Assembly: GCA_039591655.1 (NCBI GenBank)
Contig: JBDHDE010000008.1
Location: 1 to 64,000 of the forward strand
DNA: 64,000 nt
Source: Gemmatimonadota bacterium
GTDB taxonomy: Bacteria > Gemmatimonadota > Gemmatimonadetes > Gemmatimonadales > GWC2-71-9
Direction of reading: 5' to 3'
The translations under genes and the position numbers were made by a program. A model generated the notes under the pieces. That model did no database searches, had not been told where the DNA came from, and saw nothing but the letters and a program-made list of their open reading frames with translations. Shown here in pieces: positions 1 to 10,038 of the stretch; position 1 is the first letter of the stretch; every line of letters starts with the position of its first letter.

Positions 1-192
1 ATCGATGGCACCCCTGGGGACCACTTGATCCACATCCTGAGTGCGACGGCCCGCTTCCCCATCGTCTCGTTCTTCGGTGCGGGAGCGAACCTCACCCACG
101 CGATTCGCAACGGCTACTTCCCGGACTTCCCCGACATCACCGAGACCGGCACGCAGTTCGGTCTCTTCATCACATTCTTCACCGACCGGTAG
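1..192 (+). CDS. 3' end of hypothetical protein (partial; possibly an outer-membrane beta-barrel C-terminus)
   Basis: Frame 1 is open from base 1 to TAG at 190-192 with GC-rich third positions; ends ...TGTQFGLFITFFTDR with alternating hydrophobic residues. Confidence 0.5.
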   Translation: MDGTPGDHLIHILSATARFPIVSFFGAGANLTHAIRNGYFPDFPDITETGTQFGLFITFFTDR

Positions 193-367
193 GCGGGGCA
201 CAGTGGTCGGTTTCGCGGAGATGACGCAGGAGTAGAGTCTCAGGACGCCCTCCCCCGATGGATTCTCGGGATACAATGTGCGAAACTTCTAGACCGTTGA
301 CGGCGTGACCCAACGCGGCCCGCCACGTCCGGGCCGCCCGAGGCATAGAGGCAGGAGGAGTGGCACG

Positions 368-1981
368 ATGGCCGAGTTCGCCCACCACGATCCGTATCCG
401 CTGGCCCAGGACGACACCGCGTACCGACTGCTGACGACGGAGCACGTCTCGGTCGTCCAGTTCGACGGCGCAGAGGTGCTCAAGGTCGATCCCCAGGCAC
501 TCGCCCTCCTGGCGCGGGAGGCGCTGCGGGACGCCTCGTTCTTGCTGCGGCCGGCGCACCTCGAGCAGGTGGCGGCGATCCTGGATGACCGCGAGGCCAG
601 CGACAACGACCGCGGGGTAGCGCTCGCCATGCTGCGCAACGCCGAGGTCGCGGCGGACATGGTGCTGCCGTTCTGCCAGGACACGGGCACGGCGACGGTC
701 TACGCGAAGAAGGGGCAGCAGGTGTGGACGGGCGGCGGCGACGCCGCGGCCCTCACCCAGGGCATCCTGGACACGTACACCAAGGAGAACCTGCGCTACT
801 CGCAGACCGTCCCCCTCACGGTGTACGAGGAGAAGAACTCGGGCAACAACCTGCCGGCGCAGATCGACATCGTCGCGACCGACGGGACGGAGTACCAGTT
901 CCTGTTTGTGGCGAAGGGTGGTGGCTCCGCGAACAAGACCCACCTGTTTCAGGAGACCAAGGCGCTGCTCAACCCCGACCGGCTGGTGACCTTCCTGACC
1001 GAGAAGATGAAAACGCTGGGCACGGCGGCCTGCCCGCCGTACCACCTGGCGTTCGTGATCGGGGGAACGTCGGCCGAGGCGAACCTCAAGACGGTGAAGC
1101 TCGCGACCACCGGGTACCTCGACGGGCTGCCCACCACGGGCAATGACAGGGGGCAGGCGTTCCGCGACCCCGAGCTAGAGGCAAAGCTCCTGGCGGCGGC
1201 GCAGCACACGGGAATCGGCGCGCAGTTCGGGGGCAAGTACTTCGCACTCGACGTGCGCGTGGTGCGGCTCCCCCGCCACGGGGCGTCGTGTCCCATCGGC
1301 ATGGGCGTCTCCTGCTCCGCGCACCGCAACGTGAAGGCCAAGATCAACCGCGACGGCATCTGGCTCGAGGAGCTGGAGCGCGACCCGGGGCGCTTCATCC
1401 CGCAGCGCTACCGTGGCAAGGCGGAGCACGGCGTGGTGGAGATCGATCTCTGCCGGCCCATGCCGGAGATTCTCGCCGAGCTCAGCAAGCATCCGGTGAA
1501 GACACAGCTGGCTCTCACCGGCCCCATGATCGTGGCCCGCGACATCGCGCACGCGAAGATCAAGGAGCGGTTGGACCGCGGCGAGGAGATGCCGCAGTAC
1601 CTCAAGGATCACCCTGTCTACTATGCCGGGCCGGCGAAGACTCCTGAGGGCATGCCCTCGGGCTCCTTCGGGCCCACCACCGCCGGCCGCATGGACACCT
1701 ACGTGGAGCAGTTCCAGGCGCAGGGGGGATCGCTGGTCATGCTGGCTAAGGGGAACCGCTCCCGGCAGGTGACCGAGGCGTGCCGGAAGTATGGCGGGTT
1801 CTACCTCGGCTCCATCGGCGGGCCGGCGGCGGTGCTCGCCAAGGAGAACATCAGGAAGGTGGAGCTGCTGGAGTACCCCGAGCTCGGGATGGAGGCCATC
1901 TACCGCATCGAGGTGGAGGACTTCCCGGCGTTCATCCTGGTGGACGACAAGGGGAGCGACTTCTTCGCGGATTTGAGCTAG
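368..1981 (+). CDS. fumA: Class I (Fe-S) fumarate hydratase
   Basis: Motifs [46 protein letters not shown] at 368 follows GGAGGAG. Confidence 0.93.
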   Translation: MAEFAHHDPYPLAQDDTAYRLLTTEHVSVVQFDGAEVLKVDPQALALLAREALRDASFLLRPAHLEQVAAILDDREASDNDRGVALAMLRNAEVAADMVLPFCQDTGTATVYAKKGQQVWTGGGDAAALTQGILDTYTKENLRYSQTVPLTVYEEKNSGNNLPAQIDIVATDGTEYQFLFVAKGGGSANKTHLFQETKALLNPDRLVTFLTEKMKTLGTAACPPYHLAFVIGGTSAEANLKTVKLATTGYLDGLPTTGNDRGQAFRDPELEAKLLAAAQHTGIGAQFGGKYFALDVRVVRLPRHGASCPIGMGVSCSAHRNVKAKINRDGIWLEELERDPGRFIPQRYRGKAEHGVVEIDLCRPMPEILAELSKHPVKTQLALTGPMIVARDIAHAKIKERLDRGEEMPQYLKDHPVYYAGPAKTPEGMPSGSFGPTTAGRMDTYVEQFQAQGGSLVMLAKGNRSRQVTEACRKYGGFYLGSIGGPAAVLAKENIRKVELLEYPELGMEAIYRIEVEDFPAFILVDDKGSDFFADLS

Positions 1982-2259
1982 GAGCCCGCTTCACGCGGGA
2001 CAGGTCACCCGGGATCCGCATCGCGGCGCCCAATCCGGCCGCCAGGGAATCCCGACTGAATCTCACGTTGTTATCCGAAGCCGCGGGTGCGATATCCGAA
2101 TCGTAGCCGGACCATTCAGAGGCGGGTAGATGGCTGGCGCTTCAAGCTGGTTTCATGCTCGCTTACATCTCCGGTATAGAGACTAGTTAATTCGACTCTG
2201 CCGCCCACCGCGGCCGCCCATCCCGGCCCGGTGTCGTACTGGACTGTTCTGAGGAATCC

Positions 2260-3522
2260 ATGACCATCTCGCACAATCATCTCAACCACCGCGAGCTGTA
2301 CCGCCTCCCGTGGACCCTGCCGGACAACGCCATCTCGTGGCTCGAGCCCACCATGAAGTGCAACCTGGCATGCGAGGGGTGCTACCGGGCCAACGTCAAC
2401 GAGCACAAGTCGCTGGCGGAGGTCGCAGCGGAGCTGGACGTGTTCCAGCAGTACCGCAATGCCGACGGCGTCTCCATTGCCGGGGGAGACCCCCTGTGCC
2501 ACCCGCAGATCCTCGACATCGTGCGGATGGTGGCGGAGCGGGGGTGGAAGCCCGTTCTCAACACGAACGGCCTGGCCCTGGACGAGCCCCTGGTGCGGGA
2601 GCTGAAGAAGGCGGGCCTGGTCGGCTTCACCTTCCATATCGACAGCAAGCAGGGCCGGCCCAAGTGGAAGGGGAAGACCGAGCAGGAGCACAACGAGCTC
2701 CGCCTGCACTACGCCGAGATGGTGGCTCGCGTGGGCAGCATCTCCTGCGCGTTCAACTCGACGGTTTTCGGGGACACAGTAGACGCGGTGCCCGACCTGG
2801 TGGCCTGGGCGCAGAAGCACATCGACATCGTCCACGTCATGGTCTTCATCTGCTACAGGGCGGCGGTGTTGGAGGGCGACTACGACTACTACGTCGGCGG
2901 GGAGAGGCTGGACATGTCGCCGCTGGCTTATGCCTACCCGCTGCCCCAGCACCGCACCGACATCAGGGCTCCCGAAGTCGTGGCCAAGATCCGCGAGCGG
3001 TTTCCCGATTTCGCACCCTGCGCGTATCTCAACGGCACCGAGAGTCCGGATTCCTTCAAGTGGCTCCTCTCCGTCCGCATGGGGACGAAGCACCGGATCC
3101 ACGGCTATCACGGTCCGAAGATGGCGGAGCTGACGCAGTCCCTGCACCACTGGCGGACGGGACGGTACTTGGCGTACGCCCACCCCAGGATCATGCGGCG
3201 CGGCAGGGCGATGCTGTGGCTGTGGCCCTTCGACGGGGGACTGCGCCGCGCCTTCGCGCGAGCGTTTGTGGATCCCCGCCTCACGTTCCGGCGGCTCCAC
3301 ACGCAGTCCATCATGATCATTCAGCCCATCGATGTCCTGAGCGACGGGCGCCAGAACATGTGTGACGGCTGCCCCGACATGACCGTCTTCAAGGGCAAGC
3401 TGGCCTGGTCCTGCCGGCTCGAGGAGTGCCTCCACTTCGGTGACTTCGTCCGGACGGTACCCAAGGGGGAGCGCCGGGGTGAGGCCCCCCTCAGGGAGAT
3501 CGAGCTGCCCGCCGGGCAGTAG
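2260..3522 (+). CDS. Radical SAM protein, function unknown
   Basis: CxxxCxxC (CNLACEGC), GGDP and NTNG motifs; extra C-terminal Cys (CDGCPD...SCRLEEC); GAGGA RBS. Confidence 0.88.
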   Translation: MTISHNHLNHRELYRLPWTLPDNAISWLEPTMKCNLACEGCYRANVNEHKSLAEVAAELDVFQQYRNADGVSIAGGDPLCHPQILDIVRMVAERGWKPVLNTNGLALDEPLVRELKKAGLVGFTFHIDSKQGRPKWKGKTEQEHNELRLHYAEMVARVGSISCAFNSTVFGDTVDAVPDLVAWAQKHIDIVHVMVFICYRAAVLEGDYDYYVGGERLDMSPLAYAYPLPQHRTDIRAPEVVAKIRERFPDFAPCAYLNGTESPDSFKWLLSVRMGTKHRIHGYHGPKMAELTQSLHHWRTGRYLAYAHPRIMRRGRAMLWLWPFDGGLRRAFARAFVDPRLTFRRLHTQSIMIIQPIDVLSDGRQNMCDGCPDMTVFKGKLAWSCRLEECLHFGDFVRTVPKGERRGEAPLREIELPAGQ

Positions 3523-3662
3523 GGCCGCCCAATCTCACACCGCTCGCCCAGGCCGAGCACGAAACCTGACTCGGTCCCTTGGTTATAGCTGCATTCCGCA
3601 TTCACGATTTCTTCACGGGCACCGCGCTATTGTGCGGTGCCCGCGATTGTGAGGAGCACGTC

Positions 3663-3845
3663 ATGAATGAGCCAAGATGTGCCGTGTCACCGCGACGGCC
3701 CGAGCGAGAGATCGCGGGAAAGGAGCTCGAGGCCGTCAGCAAAATCCGGCTCCGGGACTTTGATCCCGAGGAAGGGTACGAGTGGCCGATGCCGGAGGAG
3801 AGCCGGGACACGGACGATGACGGGGGTGGCGGGGCTCATTCATGA
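3663..3845 (+). CDS. Small acidic hypothetical peptide (60 aa)
   Basis: ATG at 3663 preceded by GAGGAG; the stop is followed immediately by an intrinsic terminator. Confidence 0.55.
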   Translation: MNEPRCAVSPRRPEREIAGKELEAVSKIRLRDFDPEEGYEWPMPEESRDTDDDGGGGAHS

Positions 3846-3856
3846 CTCTCCCTTTC

Positions 3857-3888
3857 GGCGCCCGGCACCAGCCGGGCGCCTTTTTTTT
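3857..3888 (+). terminator. Rho-independent terminator
   Basis: Perfect 10-bp stem GGCGCCCGGC-acca-GCCGGGCGCC followed by T8. Confidence 0.92.
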
Positions 3889-4013
3889 GCCCTGCAGCCC
3901 GCTCTCGGTGAGGCCACTGCTGCGGCGACTGGCGCTTTCGCGGCCCGCGGCGTAAATCACCCACGCATGACCGCGTGTGAATTCCCAGTCACCCGTAGCG
4001 GAGGTGGGAGCTC

Positions 4014-4298
4014 ATGTCCCTCAACATCAAGGCACTCGCCATCGTCGGCGCGATCGTCACAGGTGGGAGCTTCTTCCTGGTCGGCCTCGCCAATCTCATC
4101 TGGTCGTCCTATGGGGTGGGGTTCCTCCAGCTGGGCGCATCTCTCTACCCGGGCTACGATGGCCCCGGTGGGCTCTGGTCGGTCATCGTCGTCACGCTCT
4201 ACGCGTTGGTAGACGGCGCGATCGCCGGCGCAATCGTCGCCTGGCTGTACAACTTCTTCGCCGCCGGGGGCGCGAAGGGCGAGCGGTTCCAGGCGTAG
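4014..4298 (+). CDS. Small membrane protein (94 aa, 2-3 TM)
   Basis: GGAGGT/GGGAG RBS; hydrophobic helices; SLYPGY and AWLYN motifs. Confidence 0.75.
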   Translation: MSLNIKALAIVGAIVTGGSFFLVGLANLIWSSYGVGFLQLGASLYPGYDGPGGLWSVIVVTLYALVDGAIAGAIVAWLYNFFAAGGAKGERFQA

Positions 4299-4413
4299 TA
4301 GCCGGGCAGGGTGCCCCGCTCCGGCACGAGCGCCCGGGCTACCGCCCGGGCGCTGCTGTATCGGCGGGGCTGGGGATCGTCGGTACACTCGAGGGAACGC
4401 GGCGCACCGCCGC

Positions 4414-4442
4414 TTGACCCCCCTCAACCAACGTCCTATCTC
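4414..4442 (+). promoter_or_regulatory. Possible sigma70 promoter for the kinase
   Basis: TTGACC-N17-TATCTC; the -10 element is imperfect. Confidence 0.35.
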
Positions 4443-4482
4443 TCAGGCCCACCCACATACCACCTGCGAGGTCGTCCAGCTC

Positions 4483-6132
4483 GTGACCACCGGTGCGCCC
4501 GATCCGAGCGAAGCGCTCCAGCGGGAGCGATTGCAGCAGGCCCTGGGCGAGGGATACCAGCTGGGATTACTGCTCGGCCGGGGTGGCTTCGCTGAGGTCC
4601 ACGCCGCCCGGGATGTGCGGTTGAAGCGCGACGTGGCCGTCAAGACGCTGCGTTACGACCTGCACGCGACACCCCTCCTCCTCACGCGGTTCCGCCGGGA
4701 AGCGGAGACCATGGCCAAGCTCCGGCATCCCAACATCCTGCCCATCTACACGGTGGGCGAGAGTGAGGGACTCGCGTTCTTCATCATGCCCCTGGTAACG
4801 GGCATGACGCTGAAGGAGGCGCTCGAGCGCGAACGCCGCTTCACGATTCCCGAGGTCCGCCGCGTCATGTTCGAGGCGGCGAGCGCCCTGCACCACGCTC
4901 ATCAGGCCGGCACGATCCACCGCGACATCAAGCCGGACAACGTGATCCTCGAGGGGCCGGAGCGCCGCGTGTGGGTCATGGACTTCGGGATCGCCAAGGC
5001 CATGGAGACCGGCGAGGGTGAGCTCACGGGGAGCGGAGTGATCATCGGGACCCCTCAGTACATGAGTCCCGAGCAGGCGACGGGCGACCCCCTGGATCTG
5101 CGGTCGGATCTCTACTCGTTGGGCGTGGTGGCATTCCAGATGGTCACCGGTGATCTGCCTTTCACCGCGTCGTCGCCCCAGGGCGTCATCCTGAAGCACG
5201 TGACTGCCGCCGTGCCCCGGGTGGAGCCACTGCGGCCGGAGTGTCCCCGAGATCTGGCCGATGCGGTGGCGCGTTGCCTGGCCAAGGAGCCCAACGAGCG
5301 GTTCGATTCGGCCGCCGCCCTGTGCGCCGCATTGCAGAGTGGGGAAGTGGCATCCGGCGGCATGCCAGAGGCCATTGGATTGGCGACGCTGCCCGGGGGT
5401 CCGAAGACTCCACGGGTCAGAGATCCGGTGCGGCGGTTCCGGATCTCGTTCGGGGTGTACCTGGTCGGTAACGTCTTGCTGCTGGCGCTCGATCTGGCCC
5501 TCACCGGTTCCGTCGACTTCGCGCCGGTCGTGACCGCCCTTTGGACCGTGCTGGTGGCCTCTCAATACGCCAGGCTCTGGATGGAGGGCTTCACCTGGCG
5601 GGAGGTCGTCGGGCGAAGACCGCAGGGTGGCAGTGTTTCCTCGGGGCCGTCCACCCCATCCGGCGTGGTGTGGCCCAGCGGCGCCCACACGGCGCCGTCG
5701 GACTCCGGAGCGTTCGGGACGCACCTCGCCACGGTCGATCACGTGCGCAGTGAGCGCGCGGTCATCGTGGGACTCGTGGCGCGCATGCCGAAGGCGGAGC
5801 GCGAGCTCATTTCCCAAGTGGTGCCGGCTGCCGACCGGCTTGCGGCCCAGTCCCGCTCCCTCGCCCGGCAGCTCACCCGTCTGGAACGCGTGCTTGAGGA
5901 GACGCGCGAGCGGTCCGCCTCCTCCACCGGTGGAGCACGGACGCCGGAGGATGTGGGCGAGTTCGTGGAGCGGCGCGACGACATCTCTCAGGAGTTGGAG
6001 GAAGCGCGGCAGGCGATGCGGGATCTCCGGGTAGCGGTGGAGCGCTGCCAGGCGCTCGGGGTGTCGGGTGCCCGTACCGACCTGGAGGTTGCGGTGACGA
6101 GTGCCGAGGCCCGGGCGCGCAGCCCGCGGTGA
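4483..6132 (+). CDS. Hanks-type Ser/Thr protein kinase with a 2-TM segment and C-terminal coiled coil
   Basis: GRGGFAEV, VAVK, HRDIKPDN, DFG, GTPQYMSPE, DLYSLG; two hydrophobic helices after the kinase domain. GTG at 4483 chosen as start (the ORF extends to 4414). Confidence 0.9.
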   Translation: MTTGAPDPSEALQRERLQQALGEGYQLGLLLGRGGFAEVHAARDVRLKRDVAVKTLRYDLHATPLLLTRFRREAETMAKLRHPNILPIYTVGESEGLAFFIMPLVTGMTLKEALERERRFTIPEVRRVMFEAASALHHAHQAGTIHRDIKPDNVILEGPERRVWVMDFGIAKAMETGEGELTGSGVIIGTPQYMSPEQATGDPLDLRSDLYSLGVVAFQMVTGDLPFTASSPQGVILKHVTAAVPRVEPLRPECPRDLADAVARCLAKEPNERFDSAAALCAALQSGEVASGGMPEAIGLATLPGGPKTPRVRDPVRRFRISFGVYLVGNVLLLALDLALTGSVDFAPVVTALWTVLVASQYARLWMEGFTWREVVGRRPQGGSVSSGPSTPSGVVWPSGAHTAPSDSGAFGTHLATVDHVRSERAVIVGLVARMPKAERELISQVVPAADRLAAQSRSLARQLTRLERVLEETRERSASSTGGARTPEDVGEFVERRDDISQELEEARQAMRDLRVAVERCQALGVSGARTDLEVAVTSAEARARSPR

Positions 6133-6148
6133 AGCCGCCCCCCGCCGA

Positions 6149-7354
6149 TCAGTAGACCTGGCGCCGGGTGACCAACGCCATCGCTCCGCCCACCATCGCT
6201 CCGGCGAGTAGCAGTCCTACGGCAGCCGAGCTCAGCAGCACGCCCGGGCCGCGTTCGGCAGCGCCGACCTGCGCCCGGGCCCACCGCATCGTCCACTGGT
6301 CCAGGGGCACCTCCATCGCTGCGGCGAACGCGCCGTCTACCGGCAGGTCAGAGCTCCAGAAGCGCTGAAACCGGTCGGCCCCCAGGTCATTGACCATGTC
6401 GGCCAGGTAGACCTGGCTGGTCCAGCCCAGGGGGTGGCGCACGCTCCAGTAGCGCACCACCGGTGCGACCCCCGGCGGCATGATGCGCCGGTTGTAGATG
6501 AGCCGGCTCGCGAGGCGGGGGTCCGGCTGGTATGCCTCTTTGCCCAGCGCGGCCAGGGCACACGCAGCGTGATCTCCCCCGGCGCACGCGTCCAGCTCGA
6601 ACGTCGTGGAGCGGGAGTAGGGATCCCACCACCCTACGGTTCGTGAGGGACGCCTCAGGCCGGACTCTAGAGGTTGGTGCTCCTGTCGCACTGCCCAGGT
6701 CGGCTCCTGGCCCAAGATGTAGTTGCCCTCGGCCAGCCAGGCGCCCACGGCCTCGCCCGGGGGCCCGAAGCGTAGATAGTAGGCGCAGACTCCCAGGAGG
6801 TGCGACACCGGCACCAGGCGGCGGATCTCCAGGGGCGAGGCGCGGCCCAGGGTGATCATGCGCCCGGCCCACACGCCGACGTCCACGATGGCGAGGCAGG
6901 TGCGGCCGTCGGTGGCCTCCGGCAACACGTGCACCACCCGCATCCCCCAGGGGTTGCGGGAGGGTAGCCCCCGCGGATCGGGCAGCGTGTCCACCACGGT
7001 AGCGATGATCAGCGGGCCGAGTCGCGGGTAGTCCTGCATCAGCCGGCGGGGCTCCTCCAGGAACCTGCTGAACAGCGTCTGGAAGAGCGGAGGCAGGCCG
7101 GGGTCCAGCATGAGTGCGATGGTGTCGCCCTCGAGCAGCCCGGTCTGTGCGGCCGTCCGCAGCAGGGAGTCCCGTTGCTCGAGCACACGTGTCACCCACA
7201 CGGCGGCGGCCAGCTTCTCTTCCACCTGCTGGCGTGCCCGGATCTCGGGGGGGCGGTGGGCGGCCGACTCCCTGCGGTGCGGCTCTCGCGGGGGCAGGTA
7301 GAGAGCGGCGAGCGCCACGCAGAACATGACGGCGGCGGCGAGCCAGTACCTCAT
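6149..7354 (-). CDS. Hypothetical exported/membrane-anchored protein (N-terminal signal, C-terminal TM)
   Basis: MRYWLAAAVMFCVALAAL N-terminus and hydrophobic C-terminus; ATGA overlap with the upstream gene. Confidence 0.75.
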   Translation of the reverse strand: MRYWLAAAVMFCVALAALYLPPREPHRRESAAHRPPEIRARQQVEEKLAAAVWVTRVLEQRDSLLRTAAQTGLLEGDTIALMLDPGLPPLFQTLFSRFLEEPRRLMQDYPRLGPLIIATVVDTLPDPRGLPSRNPWGMRVVHVLPEATDGRTCLAIVDVGVWAGRMITLGRASPLEIRRLVPVSHLLGVCAYYLRFGPPGEAVGAWLAEGNYILGQEPTWAVRQEHQPLESGLRRPSRTVGWWDPYSRSTTFELDACAGGDHAACALAALGKEAYQPDPRLASRLIYNRRIMPPGVAPVVRYWSVRHPLGWTSQVYLADMVNDLGADRFQRFWSSDLPVDGAFAAAMEVPLDQWTMRWARAQVGAAERGPGVLLSSAAVGLLLAGAMVGGAMALVTRRQVY

Positions 7355-8475
7355 GCGCGGCCCCATCTACTGCTGCGGGCGGCGGCGACGGCGAAGACCA
7401 CGATCCACAGGAACGCAGTCCAGCCGACCGCCCGGGTGAGCGTCGTGGGCTCGGGACGCGCTGCGAGAACCGTAGCGTGCCATGCCGCGAGTAAGGAGTC
7501 GCGCGACACGCCGGCCGCGTTCGTGAGGCGCGCCTCGACGTGAGGCGTTGGCGCATGCAGGAAGCGCTCGTACGCCCCATCCGCCCCCGTTCCCAGCGCC
7601 AGCGTCGTGAGCACGCGACGCGCCTCCCGGGACAGCGGTGGGGGCAGGTACTCCGGGGGGACCGAGCGCAGCAGCTCCTCGCACGCCTCGTCCACCCCGG
7701 CGTCCACACACTGCGACCGCCGCCGGTCGGTGCGCCGGAAGCGCTGCCACAGCCGCATGACCAGGTCTCGGCGCCCCCTGGGGCCGTACCACTCGGACAC
7801 CGGATCCTCCGGCGCCTGCAACACGAAGGCGTCGGCGCAGCGCCCGAGGTCGCCCAGGTAGCACTCCCGTACCGTGGGGGAGGCACCCGTGGCCAGCTCC
7901 ACGTACACCCGGGTGAGCTCGCCCGGGAGCGGGGGCCGCAGCGGGACCCGGTCTCCGAGCCACTCGCGGGTCTCCGAGTCCGCACCCTGCGCCGTGATGA
8001 CCTCCATCTTCTGCACGATGCGGCGCGCAATGTCGCCGGCGTCGCTCTCGGTGTGATACACGACGGTGGTCACCAGCTCCGGGTCGAGCGGCGGCATGGG
8101 TCCCCGCCACTCCTCGGAGATGACGAAGAAGGCGCGGGCCCGTATGAGAGCGGTGTCCGCCTGGAGCGTCGCCGGCAGGCGCTCCCCCACGATCCGAGCC
8201 GCCCCTTCGACCATCGCCCGCTGTTGCGGCGCGGTGAGGAGAAGCACCGGGCCCGCCGCAATGGTGTCGACGCGGATGGCTGCGCGCCGCACGCTGTCGG
8301 CGCGGGCCGCCTCCTCCCGGGTCTCGAGCCAGAGATGCACCAGCGAGTCCACCCGAGCGCGGTACGGCGCCGCGTCCTGGGCCTCCAGGCGGGTGACCAC
8401 TGAGCTGACCATGCCCGCCACCAGGAGCGCGACGCCGAGACCGCGCCGGATTTGCATGCTCGGACGGTCAGACAT
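7351..8475 (-). CDS. Hypothetical exported protein with C-terminal TM (start may be 8457)
   Basis: Signal-peptide-like RRGLGVALLVAGMV...LEAQ; Cys pairs; C-terminal TM; overlaps both neighbours. Confidence 0.75.
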   Translation of the reverse strand: MSDRPSMQIRRGLGVALLVAGMVSSVVTRLEAQDAAPYRARVDSLVHLWLETREEAARADSVRRAAIRVDTIAAGPVLLLTAPQQRAMVEGAARIVGERLPATLQADTALIRARAFFVISEEWRGPMPPLDPELVTTVVYHTESDAGDIARRIVQKMEVITAQGADSETREWLGDRVPLRPPLPGELTRVYVELATGASPTVRECYLGDLGRCADAFVLQAPEDPVSEWYGPRGRRDLVMRLWQRFRRTDRRRSQCVDAGVDEACEELLRSVPPEYLPPPLSREARRVLTTLALGTGADGAYERFLHAPTPHVEARLTNAAGVSRDSLLAAWHATVLAARPEPTTLTRAVGWTAFLWIVVFAVAAARSSRWGRA

Positions 8476-9124
8476 CGATGAGCATCCACCGTCCGGTGAA
8501 GATCTCCAGCGGCCCGGGCCAGGTGATCACCCGGTCGAACAGCACATGGATGATGTTCTCGCTGAGGCCGGCTGCCCCCAGGAGCAGCTGCGCCACGAAC
8601 AGCGCCGCGATGATGGACAGCACGTATCCGGCGGTGCGCGTGGTGCCGGAGGAGATGGCAAAGAACACGGCATAGGCCGTGAGCGCCGCCAGGGCGAAGC
8701 GCAGGGCCAACGCGTTGGGATAGGCCTGGAGACCCGGCGGGATCTGTGCCGTCGCCGTGGCGAGTAGCGCGCCGATCCACAGGGCGACGATGGGGGCCGC
8801 CATGAGCACCGCGCCGGCCGTGAACCGCAGCAGGGCGTAGTGCCACCGCGGGAGGGGAAGCGAGAGGGCATACACGTGCCGTCCCCGGTGGTCGTGCGCC
8901 CACGCAGTAGTGGCGAGCAGGAGTCCCAATCCCGTCGCGAAGGCGGCGTACCACACGCTCCACGACTGGATCGTCTGCAGCAGGTACTGCACGTCATACC
9001 GCGTGGGCTCGCTTGCTCCTGCCGGCTGGACCGAGAGGATCGGTAGCGCGAAGCCCACTACCACGCTCAGCACCACCACGACGCGTGACCACTTCCACTG
9101 GGTGTAGAGAATCACCTGGAACAT
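8468..9124 (-). CDS. ABC-2-type permease-like membrane protein
   Basis: MFQVILYTQWKW..., about 5-6 TM helices, ALSLPLPR motif; lies downstream of the ABC ATPase. Confidence 0.75.
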   Translation of the reverse strand: MFQVILYTQWKWSRVVVVLSVVVGFALPILSVQPAGASEPTRYDVQYLLQTIQSWSVWYAAFATGLGLLLATTAWAHDHRGRHVYALSLPLPRWHYALLRFTAGAVLMAAPIVALWIGALLATATAQIPPGLQAYPNALALRFALAALTAYAVFFAISSGTTRTAGYVLSIIAALFVAQLLLGAAGLSENIIHVLFDRVITWPGPLEIFTGRWMLIDV

Positions 9125-9135
9125 CGCGACGCCCC

Positions 9136-10038
9136 CTATGCCTGCGGCGCTCTGAACGTGCGGAGGAGCTCCACGAAGCCCTCCTCCAGATCGAGATCCA
9201 TTACCTCGCGCAGCGAGGCGCCGATCCCGTCGAAGTACTGCTGCATCGGAGTCTGCCAGCCGCGCACGACCCAGACCTCGCCGGCGCCGAGGGTCTCTCC
9301 GGTATCGCGTGACAGGAGGACGAACGGCGGGTCCTCCACCAGCGCGGGCGCGCCCGTCACACGCAGCCGTTTGATGCCGCTCTTGAAGGTCTGCATCGGC
9401 ATCTCGGCAACGAGGCGGCCGTTGTCCATGACGCCGACCCAGTCGCAGATCCGCTCCAGCTCGTGCACCAGGTGGCTGGAGATGAACACGGCGGCGTCGC
9501 GTTGTGATACGTAGTCGAGCAGCGCGATCACCAGGGCCCGCCGCACCACGGGGTCCAGCCCGTCGGTGGGCTCGTCCAGCACCAGCAAATCGGGGTTCTG
9601 GGCCAGCGCCAGCAGCATCATCAGCTTGCCGGTTTCCCCTTTGGAGAGCCCCCCGATGCGCAGCGAGCGATCCAGCTCGAAGCGGCCGAACAACTCGTCG
9701 GCACGCCGCCAATCCCACGTCGTGTAGAATGCGGCGTGGTAGCGCAGGACCTCTTCCACGGTGAGGGTAGGGTAGAGGTGCGGTCGTTCCGGCACGAAAC
9801 CGGTGCGCGCCAAGACGCGGGGCGCGGCGCCGGGGACCGGCTGTCCCAGCACGGTGATGGTTCCCTCGTGCGCCCGTAGCAGGCCCATGAGCAGTCCGAT
9901 CGTGGTGGTCTTACCCGACCCGTTCGGGCCCAGAAAGCCGTAGATCGACCCCGCCGGTACGTTGAGCGAGAGATCCCTGATCTCGAAGCTCTTGCCGACG
10001 TGGTAGCGGACGCTCCGCGTCTCAATCACGTTGCTCAT
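9136..10038 (-). CDS. ABC transporter ATP-binding protein (YtrB-like)
   Basis: Walker A GPNGSGKT, signature LSKGE, Walker B LVLDEP, SSH switch. Confidence 0.92.
   Translation of the reverse strand: MSNVIETRSVRYHVGKSFEIRDLSLNVPAGSIYGFLGPNGSGKTTTIGLLMGLLRAHEGTITVLGQPVPGAAPRVLARTGFVPERPHLYPTLTVEEVLRYHAAFYTTWDWRRADELFGRFELDRSLRIGGLSKGETGKLMMLLALAQNPDLLVLDEPTDGLDPVVRRALVIALLDYVSQRDAAVFISSHLVHELERICDWVGVMDNGRLVAEMPMQTFKSGIKRLRVTGAPALVEDPPFVLLSRDTGETLGAGEVWVVRGWQTPMQQYFDGIGASLREVMDLDLEEGFVELLRTFRAPQA

Noticed and set aside
2071..2100. Two TATCCGAA repeats resembling DnaA boxes
   Set aside because: At best 7/9 match to TTATCCACA, only two copies, and no AT-rich unwinding element.
4014..4298. Phage holin or prophage remnant
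   Set aside because: Only size and TM pattern are holin-like; no endolysin or other phage genes nearby.
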